IMG/VR virus record: IMGVR_UViG_3300001336_000010
Coordinates: 1 to 64,000 of that record
Length of the DNA: 64,000 nucleotides
Source: a virus
Direction: 5' to 3' (one strand)
Below the pieces are notes generated by a model, which had not been told where the DNA came from, did not search any database, and saw only the letters and a list, made by a program, of their open reading frames with translations. Position 1 is the first letter of the stretch, and the number at the start of each line of letters is the position of its first letter. Below are positions 38,050-46,465 of this stretch, piece by piece. The position numbers and the translations under genes are program-made.

Positions 38050-39104
38050 CAGTCGCTCCTCTTCTGGTCAAAGCCCCAATCGACGACGACCGGGAAGCGT
38101 GGGATCCCGTCCGGGGTCGGGGTGAAGTAGCGGACCGTGGCCCAGACGGGCAGGGGCCCTTCCAGCAGTGCCTTCATCGCCGGCTGCGTGCCACGCACCC
38201 CCGCGCCGAAGACCCGGCCGTCAGGGAGGCTGACGCGGAACCTCTTGGCGAAACCCGACCAGTTGCCGACCCCTTCTTCGACGGCCACGACCGAGAATTC
38301 ATCCGAAAGGAATTCCTTGCGCTTCAGGAGCGTCTTGGACCGCTTGCCAGGTTCATATGGCCTGTCGGCCCGGATCATCTGACCTTCGTAGCCCTCGTCC
38401 AGCCATTCGGCATACAAGGCGTCCAGTGTGTCGATGCCGGTGAAGTAGTGTGTGCTGACCTGGTGAACCCCCTGGATACCGCGGAGCAGCTGCAGTCGAT
38501 CTTCAAAATTTAAACTCGTGTCGACCAGGTCATAGACGTGGTATTGCACCAGTGCTTCGGCCTCGGCCGTGGCCTTGTCCTTGCGGACGAGGCTGGTGAT
38601 CTGGTTGAAATCGTCCTTCAGCTCGTGGTTGTAGAGCTCCCCATCCAGGATCAGGTGCGGCTTGTCCTCGAACAAGCGCGTCAGCCTGGAGCGGATGTGG
38701 GTCAGGGACCTGATCGGCTTTCCAGTGCGGGTCCACAGCCCATCGGCCCGGGCGATGCACCGGATGCCGTCCAGCTTGGGCTGGGCATACCCTTGGGTGA
38801 TCGACCCGTCCCAGGTCTTGGCCAGCATCGGCTTGGTGAAGTGGACCTTGTCGATATTCCCGATGTCGTAGAAATAACCCTGGTCCAGCTTTTTGCGATA
38901 CTCGGCATTGACCTCGAGCTTCGCTTGCTGCTCGGGGCTGGTCTCGTTGCTCCGTCCGACGTTCTTGGGCCAGGCCTTGGTCCAGCCAGAGGTGGTAAGT
39001 TTGCCGCCTCGCCGGCCCGAGATGCTACGGTAGCGGTCACCGTCGAGTTCCATGGACCACTGGCGGATTTCGCCGGTGGTGTCGCGCTTGTAGAGCGTCA
39101 TCAT
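38049..39104 (-). CDS. lig: ATP-dependent DNA ligase
   Basis: PMLA, QPKLDGIRC (KxDG), LDGELY, YDL, GYEGQMIR, LLKRK. Confidence 0.93.
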   Translation of the reverse strand: MMTLYKRDTTGEIRQWSMELDGDRYRSISGRRGGKLTTSGWTKAWPKNVGRSNETSPEQQAKLEVNAEYRKKLDQGYFYDIGNIDKVHFTKPMLAKTWDGSITQGYAQPKLDGIRCIARADGLWTRTGKPIRSLTHIRSRLTRLFEDKPHLILDGELYNHELKDDFNQITSLVRKDKATAEAEALVQYHVYDLVDTSLNFEDRLQLLRGIQGVHQVSTHYFTGIDTLDALYAEWLDEGYEGQMIRADRPYEPGKRSKTLLKRKEFLSDEFSVVAVEEGVGNWSGFAKRFRVSLPDGRVFGAGVRGTQPAMKALLEGPLPVWATVRYFTPTPDGIPRFPVVVDWGFDQKRSD

Positions 39105-39529
39105 TTCTGCAGTTTCCTTGCGATGGTCGAAGCCAGGCTGTAGCTGTCGTTCTGGTTCGGGATGGAGTTCAGGAGGTTCAGTGCGGACTGCAGCAGCTCG
39201 GTTTCAGTCGGCAGGAAGTCGAGCTTCTTGCACATCTCGCGCCAGTCCGGTTTCAGATCGGGGTCGGCGTGGATGAATGCCTTCGCGGTGTCCCAGATCA
39301 CGCAGTTTTCCATGAACCATGGGACGAATTCCCAGTCGAAGGCGTAGCCATCCATCCGGTCGCCCTTGTTGGCGATATGGTAGCCCTCGCTGATCTTGGG
39401 GCCGAGCGACACGCAACACAGACGGGCGTTTCCCGTGCCGCCAAGGAGTTCGAAATCATACCCGGACTCGAGCATATGCTCCCAGGCACACAGGGAAGCC
39501 TCAACGTGCGTGGCATAGTAGAACTTCAT
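39101..39529 (-). CDS. Hypothetical protein
   Basis: FDWEFVPWF motif; coupled. Confidence 0.6.
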   Translation of the reverse strand: MKFYYATHVEASLCAWEHMLESGYDFELLGGTGNARLCCVSLGPKISEGYHIANKGDRMDGYAFDWEFVPWFMENCVIWDTAKAFIHADPDLKPDWREMCKKLDFLPTETELLQSALNLLNSIPNQNDSYSLASTIARKLQK

Positions 39530-40137
39530 GCTGCTCTCCTTTCGAGAAAGTTGATGATCCGCCAGAAGCGGTCAGCTTGTGGGCCATCCCACATCGCGTT
39601 GTGGACCCCGCCATTGCAGAGGAAATTTTCCATCAGGCCGATTTCGTCGAGATCCGGATCTTCGATCCGAGCGGCGCACTCGACCAGTGTTCCGATCTGG
39701 TTGTGATCCCAGTCCTCGATCGGCCCCCAGTCCTCGGGGTCAGGCGAGTAGAAGGAAATGAACCCGGAGCGACTGGTGAACCGCTCCCGACACACGGCCC
39801 GGAAGGCTTCGGCCGGCACCATTTCCTGCAGGCGCTCGATATCCTCGGGGGTCAGGTCCACGAAGATCCGGTCGGTCTCGAAGTTGTATCCCCGCGGCGA
39901 GATCAGGCTTTCGAATTTCCCGTCCAGCCCCAGCCATTCGAGGAACGCCGCCGCATACGCTTTGGCGTATTCCAGCCGCGCCGACCCGAAGTCAGCGGCG
40001 TCGTAGGCCAGGTTGGTCAGGGTGTCAGAGGCCGGGACGTTCTCCAGTGACCGCTCGATCTCATTGTCGAATTCGGCGTCGTGGACCGAGCAGTAGAACC
40101 CTGAGAAAGGGATCGTGCTGTTAAATGACGCGGACAT
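39526..40137 (-). CDS. Hypothetical phage protein
   Basis: IPFSGFY, SPRGYNFETDRIF, FTSRSGFISFY. Confidence 0.7.
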   Translation of the reverse strand: MSASFNSTIPFSGFYCSVHDAEFDNEIERSLENVPASDTLTNLAYDAADFGSARLEYAKAYAAAFLEWLGLDGKFESLISPRGYNFETDRIFVDLTPEDIERLQEMVPAEAFRAVCRERFTSRSGFISFYSPDPEDWGPIEDWDHNQIGTLVECAARIEDPDLDEIGLMENFLCNGGVHNAMWDGPQADRFWRIINFLERRAA

Positions 40138-40402
40138 AGTAGGTCACTCCTCTCAGTTCGGCGTAGTGCCAGTCGAATTGGAAATACTCGCGGACCGCCG
40201 ACTCCCAGTCGATGTGCTTGAAGAGCCAGTTGTCGTCGGTCAGCTCACTGATCGACTTCAGGTAATCAGCCCGCTCGTCTTCAGCGATGAGTTCGGCCCC
40301 GTGGTCCCATTCGCAGTAGGGCCGCAGCTCGTCCCGGAAGGCGATCAGCTCTTCGAGATCGACGTCGTCGTCGATTTCAAGATCGATGTGCTTACTGTTC
40401 AT
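40121..40402 (-). CDS. Small acidic protein (ArdA-like C-terminal motif)
   Basis: Very acidic; HIDWESAVRE motif. Confidence 0.5.
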   Translation of the reverse strand: MNSKHIDLEIDDDVDLEELIAFRDELRPYCEWDHGAELIAEDERADYLKSISELTDDNWLFKHIDWESAVREYFQFDWHYAELRGVTYYVRVI

Positions 40403-40694
40403 CTTGCGACCTCGCCCAATCCCAGTATCCGAGGCGCGTGTCGCCGTTGGAGACTTCGTAAATCCAGTCGTCGACGGGTTGGTTGGGGTGGTCGTCCCAG
40501 ATCGACCCAGAATTGACGACCCGGTCGAAGTAGACCTCCAGTCGCCAGGTATCGATCAGGGACTCCGGGCGGAGGAAGCCGGCACCGAAGAGCTGGCGCT
40601 GGATCGCGATGCGGAGGTCGATTGCGTCCTCCTCAATATCAGGGGTCGCCTCCATCTCCATGTAGATGTGGGCTTCAAGTGTATGGATGGGCAT
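40392..40694 (-). CDS. Hypothetical protein
   Basis: DWIYEVSNGDTRLGYWDW; preceded by the SD hairpin. Confidence 0.6.
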   Translation of the reverse strand: MPIHTLEAHIYMEMEATPDIEEDAIDLRIAIQRQLFGAGFLRPESLIDTWRLEVYFDRVVNSGSIWDDHPNQPVDDWIYEVSNGDTRLGYWDWARSQDEQ

Positions 40695-41101
40695 ATGATC
40701 CTCCATCGGATGCAGTGGTTTAGTCCTCGAGAATTTCCCGGACTTTCTTCAGGGCGCGGCGCGTTCCAGTGTTGGGTATCGGCCCAGCAGGAAAGGTTTC
40801 GTGTCGTTCGACACGTGATCCTCCATCGGATGACTTGCTTTTGGTAGTAGCAAGCCGCTAGGCTTGCTGCTCTATCGGATATGTGTCGAAGAGATTGCAT
40901 GCTTGCAGCACGACCCGGAACTTTTTCGGCTTCGGTGGTAGGAAATGCCATTCGAACCGGGTTCGCGGTTCGGCCTGGAGGAAGTGCTGGATCCCCTCGG
41001 ACAGGCTGCGCCACCGATGCAGCAGACCGTGCCACAGTCGGCTTTGGGTTTGTGGTGGGTGGCCTTCAGATACTCGTCGAACGTCTCGAGGTCCGGTTGC
41101 A

Positions 41102-41578
41102 TCAGATCAGTCCTTTGCTTCTGAATGAGGTTTCGGTGCCCTTGCCGACGATGATGTGGTCATGGACCACGATCCCGAGCGTCTCGGCCGCGGCCACGAT
41201 CTGCTTGGTCATTTCGATGTCAGCAGGGCTGGGTTCGGGATTCCCCGACGGATGGTTGTGGATCAGGATCACCGCCGATGCGTTCAGCAAAAGTGCAGTA
41301 CACATGATCTCGCGAGGATAGACCGGGACGTGGTCAACGGTTCCGGTGCCGTGGTGGTGGTCCTTGATCAGCCGGTTGCTGCGGTCCAGATACAGGACGT
41401 GGAAATTCTCGAGGGACGCCTGATAGGTGACCTGGCAGTAATCCAGCAGCCGGTCCCAGGAGGTGATCACTGGCCGCGAGTTGAGTTCCCGGGCCAGCTC
41501 GGCCCGGACTTTTTCCATAAGCTCGGTCACCATGACGTTGCCCCATTTCGAGGCGGTCTCGACGAGTTTCCGGGTCAT
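41102..41578 (-). CDS. radC: RadC-like JAB domain protein
   Basis: ENFHVLYLD...GTVDHVPVYPREI...HNHPSGNPEPSPAD...HDHIIVG. Confidence 0.92.
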   Translation of the reverse strand: MTRKLVETASKWGNVMVTELMEKVRAELARELNSRPVITSWDRLLDYCQVTYQASLENFHVLYLDRSNRLIKDHHHGTGTVDHVPVYPREIMCTALLLNASAVILIHNHPSGNPEPSPADIEMTKQIVAAAETLGIVVHDHIIVGKGTETSFRSKGLI

Positions 41579-41871
41579 TTGAGCGTCTCCAGTCTGAGAT
41601 CTTCGAGGGCGTATTCGAGGGCGCGCATCTTGGTCAGCACATGCTGGGCTCGGTCCTGCAGCAGATCTTCGGCTGCGGTCTCGATCGCCTCGTTCACCAT
41701 CTCCTCGAAGACCCGGATCGGGATCTGGACGTTGTTGATCCAGACCTCGGCGGTCAGTGTCTCGCTGTTCCGCCACTCGGGGGTGTCCGCGATCTCGATC
41801 GCGGTCTGCCGGTCCTGCATGGCCAGGTGGGCCACCAGGATGCTGCTGATCTTGGATCGGGTCATTGTCAT
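41575..41871 (-). CDS. Hypothetical protein
   Basis: Coupled ORF. Confidence 0.55.
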   Translation of the reverse strand: MTMTRSKISSILVAHLAMQDRQTAIEIADTPEWRNSETLTAEVWINNVQIPIRVFEEMVNEAIETAAEDLLQDRAQHVLTKMRALEYALEDLRLETLK

Positions 41872-42746
41872 TCGAAGATCTCCTCGATGCAGTCGCTCAG
41901 GTCGAAGTCGGGATCGGGCTCCTCGCCGTTGGCCCATTGGGAGAAGATCTCGACCTCAGCCTTCAGGATGAGTTCAATTTTTGAACGGAGCTTGGGCGCG
42001 ATCCGCTTGACGCCGTATTCCTTGCGGACGTCGGAGCGGGAGACGTAGATGTAGCCGGTCTGGCCACTGTCCCCTGGGCAGTGGAAGCCCGTGGTGTTGA
42101 ACGCGACCCCGCCGTGCTCGTAGCGGTAGACCGGGAGCCAGATGCAGTCGCTCAGGTCGAAGTCGGGATCGGGCTCCTCGTCGCCGCAGTGGCGGATTGC
42201 CAGGGTGCCGAAGTTGCATGAGAATGTCATCCTTCCATTGGTGTGGGGGGCGAAGCTGCGGGCGTCTTCGAGGCCGTCGCAGTAATCGGAGCAGTGGAAC
42301 GGATCGGTCAGAACCACTTGGTTGTCCGAAGGGCGGCACATCCAGTTGTGCCGGTGGCCATCGAACCAGAATGGTTTCTGGTCTTCGCGCCGGCCGGTGA
42401 TGTCCCACATGACCTGCTCAAGCTCGGTCCCGAAATCGACCCCGTCGATATCGTGGTAATCCATCAGGTGCATGAACCCGGTGCGGGAGACGTGGTCGAT
42501 CCTGGTCAGCTCCTCCATCACGGCCAGGAATGTGTTCGATCTGAAATCGACATGGACCGCGTGGATGCGAGGCATCCAGGGGTAGGGGGAGGGGTGCGAG
42601 AGGCAGTATCCGGCCCAGTAGAGCCAGCAGTCCCGACTGGCGTTGACGCCGCGTTTGACCACGGTGCCGGGGGTGGTGCCTTTGTAGACGTGGGCATAGC
42701 TGCCGGATCCAGTGCGGTTTTCGGGCTCATAGGTGAAATCAAACAT
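41868..42746 (-). CDS. T7 gp0.7-like protein kinase domain fused to a fragment of another phage protein
   Basis: GSGSYAHVY, VVK, PRIH, MEEL, DGHRHNWM, LTDP; then LPVYRYEHGG...DSGQTGYIY. Confidence 0.7.
   Translation of the reverse strand: MFDFTYEPENRTGSGSYAHVYKGTTPGTVVKRGVNASRDCWLYWAGYCLSHPSPYPWMPRIHAVHVDFRSNTFLAVMEELTRIDHVSRTGFMHLMDYHDIDGVDFGTELEQVMWDITGRREDQKPFWFDGHRHNWMCRPSDNQVVLTDPFHCSDYCDGLEDARSFAPHTNGRMTFSCNFGTLAIRHCGDEEPDPDFDLSDCIWLPVYRYEHGGVAFNTTGFHCPGDSGQTGYIYVSRSDVRKEYGVKRIAPKLRSKIELILKAEVEIFSQWANGEEPDPDFDLSDCIEEIFE
41886..42180. repeat. 40-bp identical direct repeats (41886-41925, 42141-42180)
   Basis: GATGCAGTCGCTCAGGTCGAAGTCGGGATCGGGCTCCTCG occurs twice. Confidence 0.95.
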
Positions 42747-43218
42747 CGATGATCTCCAGATTTTGGCGACACCATGCAGGGAGGCGCACAAGTCGGCTGG
42801 TGGTCTTGGACCTGTAGGTGGCACGGTGGTGGTGGACGAAATCCGTCCCCCAACCCGGTGCGGGTTCGGGGATGCGGATGGTCTGGCCGGGTTTGGGCTT
42901 GGGTCGGTTGTTCCAGGTGCGGGACCGTTCGCGGAACTCGACGGCATGCTCGTTGTGCGGCGGCGGGGCCAGTTTGAGGATGGTCGGGGGGCACCGGCAG
43001 TATTGCGGGGCCGGCCCCATGGTCTCGTCCATGTCCTTGTACATGAACTCGCCGCGGTATCGCTGGGTCAGGATCACGATGATCGGGAGGTCAGTAGCCG
43101 CGGCGAACCAGACGCTGCCCACCTTTTGCAGGCGCAGCAGATCGTGGTTGACGAAGAGGGTCTCGATGAATGCCTTCTCATCGAAGCAGTAGGGAATGTT
43201 GAAACCAGTCCAGCCCAT
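42739..43218 (-). CDS. DUF6927-like protein
   Basis: MGW...YKDMDETMGP...CPPTILKL...FRER. Confidence 0.7.
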   Translation of the reverse strand: MGWTGFNIPYCFDEKAFIETLFVNHDLLRLQKVGSVWFAAATDLPIIVILTQRYRGEFMYKDMDETMGPAPQYCRCPPTILKLAPPPHNEHAVEFRERSRTWNNRPKPKPGQTIRIPEPAPGWGTDFVHHHRATYRSKTTSRLVRLPAWCRQNLEIIDV

Positions 43219-43219
43219 G

Positions 43220-43639
43220 TCAGTACTCCGCTCTGGTGTTGACGTCTTCGACGGCGTGGATGTCGTCGAGGTTGATCTCGCTGATCACCTCGCCCGTGGC
43301 GTCGATCGCGATCGCAGCTCCCGTGAGGTAGCGGAGCTTCTCGTTTCCGACTTCGATCCAGACGAACAGCCCGCCGGGGTCGTCGGCGAAGGCCAGGTGG
43401 ACGACGTCCAGCAGGCTCAGGTCTTCGTCTTCGGTGTAGGAGTGGCCGAGGATGCCGAGGAAGTCGGCATCCTCGGCTTCGGGCATAATGGTCGGGGTGC
43501 CATAGGGGTCGACACTGAGGATGCAGTTCAGATCGCCCTTGCTCGGGGTCTGGATCGGGAAGAGCATTTGCAGTGCGTCAAGCTTGACGGGATCGAACCG
43601 GACATAGTTCGACCGGGCAGTTGCGTCGTAGTTGGCCAT
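43220..43639 (-). CDS. Hypothetical protein
   Basis: MANY...RSNY...EVGNEKLRYLTG.A...I.LDDI. Confidence 0.7.
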   Translation of the reverse strand: MANYDATARSNYVRFDPVKLDALQMLFPIQTPSKGDLNCILSVDPYGTPTIMPEAEDADFLGILGHSYTEDEDLSLLDVVHLAFADDPGGLFVWIEVGNEKLRYLTGAAIAIDATGEVISEINLDDIHAVEDVNTRAEY

Positions 43640-43643
43640 GGGA

Positions 43644-43952
43644 TCAATCCTCCGCTTGCTGTGTGGGGGTAGTCGGGTGGCTCAGGTAGGGTGGCCTACG
43701 AATGAGCGAGATGGCTCTGTGCGAGCCTTTCCGGGCCTCCGACGGATAGGGTTCCTGCAGTCCACGGTTCCAGACGTTGACGTCGTCATTCATCCACGGT
43801 TCGAAATACCCGTCGGCCATGAGGTGGCCGATAGCGCAGGCGTGGCCTTCGGGGGTACGGTAGACGCAGTTGTTGTGGTCGCCCTTTGCGAGGGCGTTCT
43901 GGGTAATGACGCCAGTCACGGCGATGTCGAAGAACTTCTGGAATTTATGCAT
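43644..43952 (-). pseudogene. Truncated hypothetical gene reading into the repeat
   Basis: CVYRTPEGHACAIGHL, then runs out of frame into the 69-bp repeat. Confidence 0.5.
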
Positions 43953-44167
43953 CAGATTACTCCCATCATGATGGCTGCAGATTGGCAGGAATTGGTGCCA
44001 CAGGACTCGCACCATCCAGCGTCCTGATCGGGTTCGAACTCGGTCGAGTAGTCGCAGTCTTCGTTCATGCAGATTGCTGGCATGACTCCGTCGAAAACGT
44101 AGTCTTCGACCATTTCTTCGGGGGTGGCGTAGCCCCAGTCGCGGGCCAGGGTGTTCAGTTTGTCCAT
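43952..44167 (-). CDS. Small zinc-ribbon protein
   Basis: ICMNEDCDY...EPDQDAGWCESCG. Confidence 0.7.
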   Translation of the reverse strand: MDKLNTLARDWGYATPEEMVEDYVFDGVMPAICMNEDCDYSTEFEPDQDAGWCESCGTNSCQSAAIMMGVI

Positions 44168-44223
44168 GGGATCAATCCTCCGCTTGCTGTGTGGGGGTAG
44201 TCGGGTGGCTCAGGTAGGGTGGC

Positions 44224-44604
44224 CTACGAATGGGTGATGACGTTCTCAGAGAGGCGTTTCATGGTCGCCTCGAGATCGGGCAGTATCGGGGAGCCGATTT
44301 CACGGCCGGTTTCGATGAGATCAGCCAGGTTGCGCTGGAAGTCGCGTTCACGGGCGGCGAGGGGCGTTTCCTGGTCGAGAACCCACTGACGCAAGGTTTC
44401 GAGGGTCTCAGGGATCCTCTCGCAATCGAGGGCGTATAGGACGGGGCTGCGGATCCGCTTGTTGTTGCGGTCCATCTCGATACTGATGGCGAAGGGCTTG
44501 CCACAGAAGTTGAGGTAGGGGGAGGTCTCGACGCGCTTGAAGCCCAGCTCTACGGCGAGGGTTTCGAGGGCCTGGACACGGTTGAGTAGCGTTTGAAGTT
44601 CCAT
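44224..44604 (-). CDS. Hypothetical protein, first gene of the early block
   Basis: ATG at 44604 preceded by the SD hairpin. Confidence 0.65.
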   Translation of the reverse strand: MELQTLLNRVQALETLAVELGFKRVETSPYLNFCGKPFAISIEMDRNNKRIRSPVLYALDCERIPETLETLRQWVLDQETPLAARERDFQRNLADLIETGREIGSPILPDLEATMKRLSENVITHS

Positions 44605-44669
44605 GATATCCTCCATCGGATGGTTAGATTTGCAGTGCAAGTTTTGCAGTGCGCGATTGGCGGGGGTGG

Positions 44670-44765
44670 TGTCAGGCGCAGCACGTCATGCCGGGTAGGG
44701 TATGTCCGGCGCAGCACGTCATGCCGGGTAGGTATGTCCGGCGCAGCACGTCATGCCGGGTAGGG
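44670..44765. repeat. Tandem repeat, ~32-33 bp x ~3
   Basis: GGCGCAGCACGTCATGCCGGGTAGG(G)TATGTCC at 44675, 44708 and 44740. Confidence 0.95.
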
Positions 44766-44833
44766 TTCGATCATTTCTGGAAATCGAACAGAGGGTTGTA
44801 GGGTTGTAGGGTCGGGTTCGAAGGCGAAGTCTC

Positions 44834-45074
44834 AGGGGTCTACTTTCAATTCTCTCTATTAACTTTAATTTAATTTCTAGAAATCGAAAAATTTCACCAG
44901 AGACTAAAAAAAAGTAGACCCCTTAAACTTTTAACTTTCTCTCTTCTTCTCTTCTTTTTTCCTTGACTGATCTTCTTAGAAAGAAGAAAAGAAGAAATAT
45001 ATAGAGAAAACAGCAAAAAAGCTATTAAAAACAAGAACTTATAAGCCGTTCTTAAAGTTGCCATTTCCGGAAAT
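44834..45074. other. AT-rich palindromic region, candidate replication origin
   Basis: 13-bp inverted repeat centred on ATTTCTAGAAAT, followed by pyrimidine/purine tracts; the most AT-rich part of the window. Confidence 0.45.
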
Positions 45075-45236
45075 TGACAGGATGTCGCAGGCAAATCGTC
45101 CAACCCTGTTGGTATCCCACGAACTCTTTTTGGCCGATGTTCACGTTTTGTCTCGCGAGAGCGTGACCTCTCCCGGCCGAACCCGAGCCCGAACCAGAAC
45201 ACTTTTCGAACCCGACTGGTATCCAGAAGCACCAAA

Positions 45237-45425
45237 TCACGATCTGCCTCGCGGGGGCGTGAGCCCTTCTGGTCGCTTGTCGGTGTAAATCACATACAAC
45301 TCTGCAATCAGAGCGAGTGCGCCGAGAACCACGAACATACCTGAGACAACCAAAGCCAACCACAGTATCGTGTCGGGCAAGCCTTGGTTCAGACCAACCA
45401 GTTCACCTGGAATTGTTTCTCGCAT
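45237..45425 (-). CDS. Small membrane protein
   Basis: RBS GAGGAG; one long hydrophobic helix. Confidence 0.5.
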   Translation of the reverse strand: MRETIPGELVGLNQGLPDTILWLALVVSGMFVVLGALALIAELYVIYTDKRPEGLTPPRGRS

Positions 45426-45778
45426 AGTTTTTTCTCCTCATAGTTGCGAACCCGCACCAGAAACTGGCTCGGGTTCGAGGGTTCAAAATTTGAACTCGGG
45501 GAAAAAAGTCGGAATTTTCCTCTCGCGGATACTCCGGCTTTTGCATACGCGCGTCTGCGCGCCCCTGGGGGTGCCCGGAGGGCTGCTAGGTAGCAGCCCA
45601 CCGCTTGCGTGGCCCTTCGCCACGCGGCGTATATTCGCGCCTTGTGCCGGGTTTGACCCTGACAGGCGGGGCGGGATCCGGCATGGCCACGGGCACAGTA
45701 TCCCGCCAATGGTCACGGATCGCGCGTGCCGTCTGACCAACCTTTTTAGGGTTGGCCAGCGTTGGCAAGGCGTATAGG

Positions 45779-46465
45779 TCAAGCGGCATTGGCATCGGCC
45801 AGCAGAGCCGCGCGGCGCTCTTGCTCGGCTTGTGCCGCGTCAATCAGACTGGCCAGCGCCTCATCCGACAGGCCGGACAGGTCAGGTGCGGCCATGGGCT
45901 GGCCATTGTCTGACTGGTCAATCGTGGCGATTGCCCTGGCGATAACCGGCTCATCAAGACCCATGGAAAGCAAGCCAGTTGCGCTTTGCGCCGCGCTTTC
46001 CATGGCTTCCACCGCTTCCGCTTTCTTGGCTTCCGCTTCCGCTTTCTTTTCATCCTTCATTTTTTGCGCATGGTTTGCGTCGCCATACTTGGCCCAATCG
46101 ACCAGCCGCAAAACAGACCCGGCGTCGCTGGCTTCTGCCGCGAAAAAACAGGCCTGAATAAAATGTTGCACACTAGTATACTCGCTGGTCAATTCGGCCG
46201 CGAATAGGTTACCGAATTCTTTTGCAATGGCCATGGCTTGGCTTGCTTTGGTGCTACACTCACCCTTGCCCCGGCCAGCAGCGGCCAGCGCCGCGCGGAT
46301 ATTGGTTTGCATAGTGGCGGGTTTAACATCACCCAGCATTGTTTCGCGATAGGCTGTGAAGGAGAGCCAGATCATGCCGCGCATAGCCAAGCGTGATCCC
46401 GTGGCGGTCTCGCTTGCGCCCGTTGCCAGCAACGTTTCTGTAGTCGTGTCATAAAGCATGTTCAT
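45779..46465 (-). CDS. Hypothetical Ala-rich protein
   Basis: RBS AAAGGA, ATG at 46465; composition differs from neighbouring genes. Confidence 0.65.
   Translation of the reverse strand: MNMLYDTTTETLLATGASETATGSRLAMRGMIWLSFTAYRETMLGDVKPATMQTNIRAALAAAGRGKGECSTKASQAMAIAKEFGNLFAAELTSEYTSVQHFIQACFFAAEASDAGSVLRLVDWAKYGDANHAQKMKDEKKAEAEAKKAEAVEAMESAAQSATGLLSMGLDEPVIARAIATIDQSDNGQPMAAPDLSGLSDEALASLIDAAQAEQERRAALLADANAA

Larger units (their letters stand above)
43636..44232. repeat. 69-bp identical direct repeats (43636-43704, 44164-44232)
   Basis: Each copy contains a stop codon, intergenic leader, SD and ATG. Confidence 0.95.

Noticed and set aside
41886-44232. Direct repeats as diversity-generating retroelement TR/VR pairs
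   Set aside because: Copies are identical with no adenine-specific mismatches, and no reverse transcriptase is present
44670-44765. Possible mini CRISPR array
   Set aside because: Units are head-to-tail with near-identical 7-8 nt linkers, no unique spacers and no cas genes
45197-45211. GAAC-N7-GAAC alphaproteobacterial LexA box
   Set aside because: Single copy; about two such 8-base matches are expected by chance in 64 kb, and it has no clear target promoter
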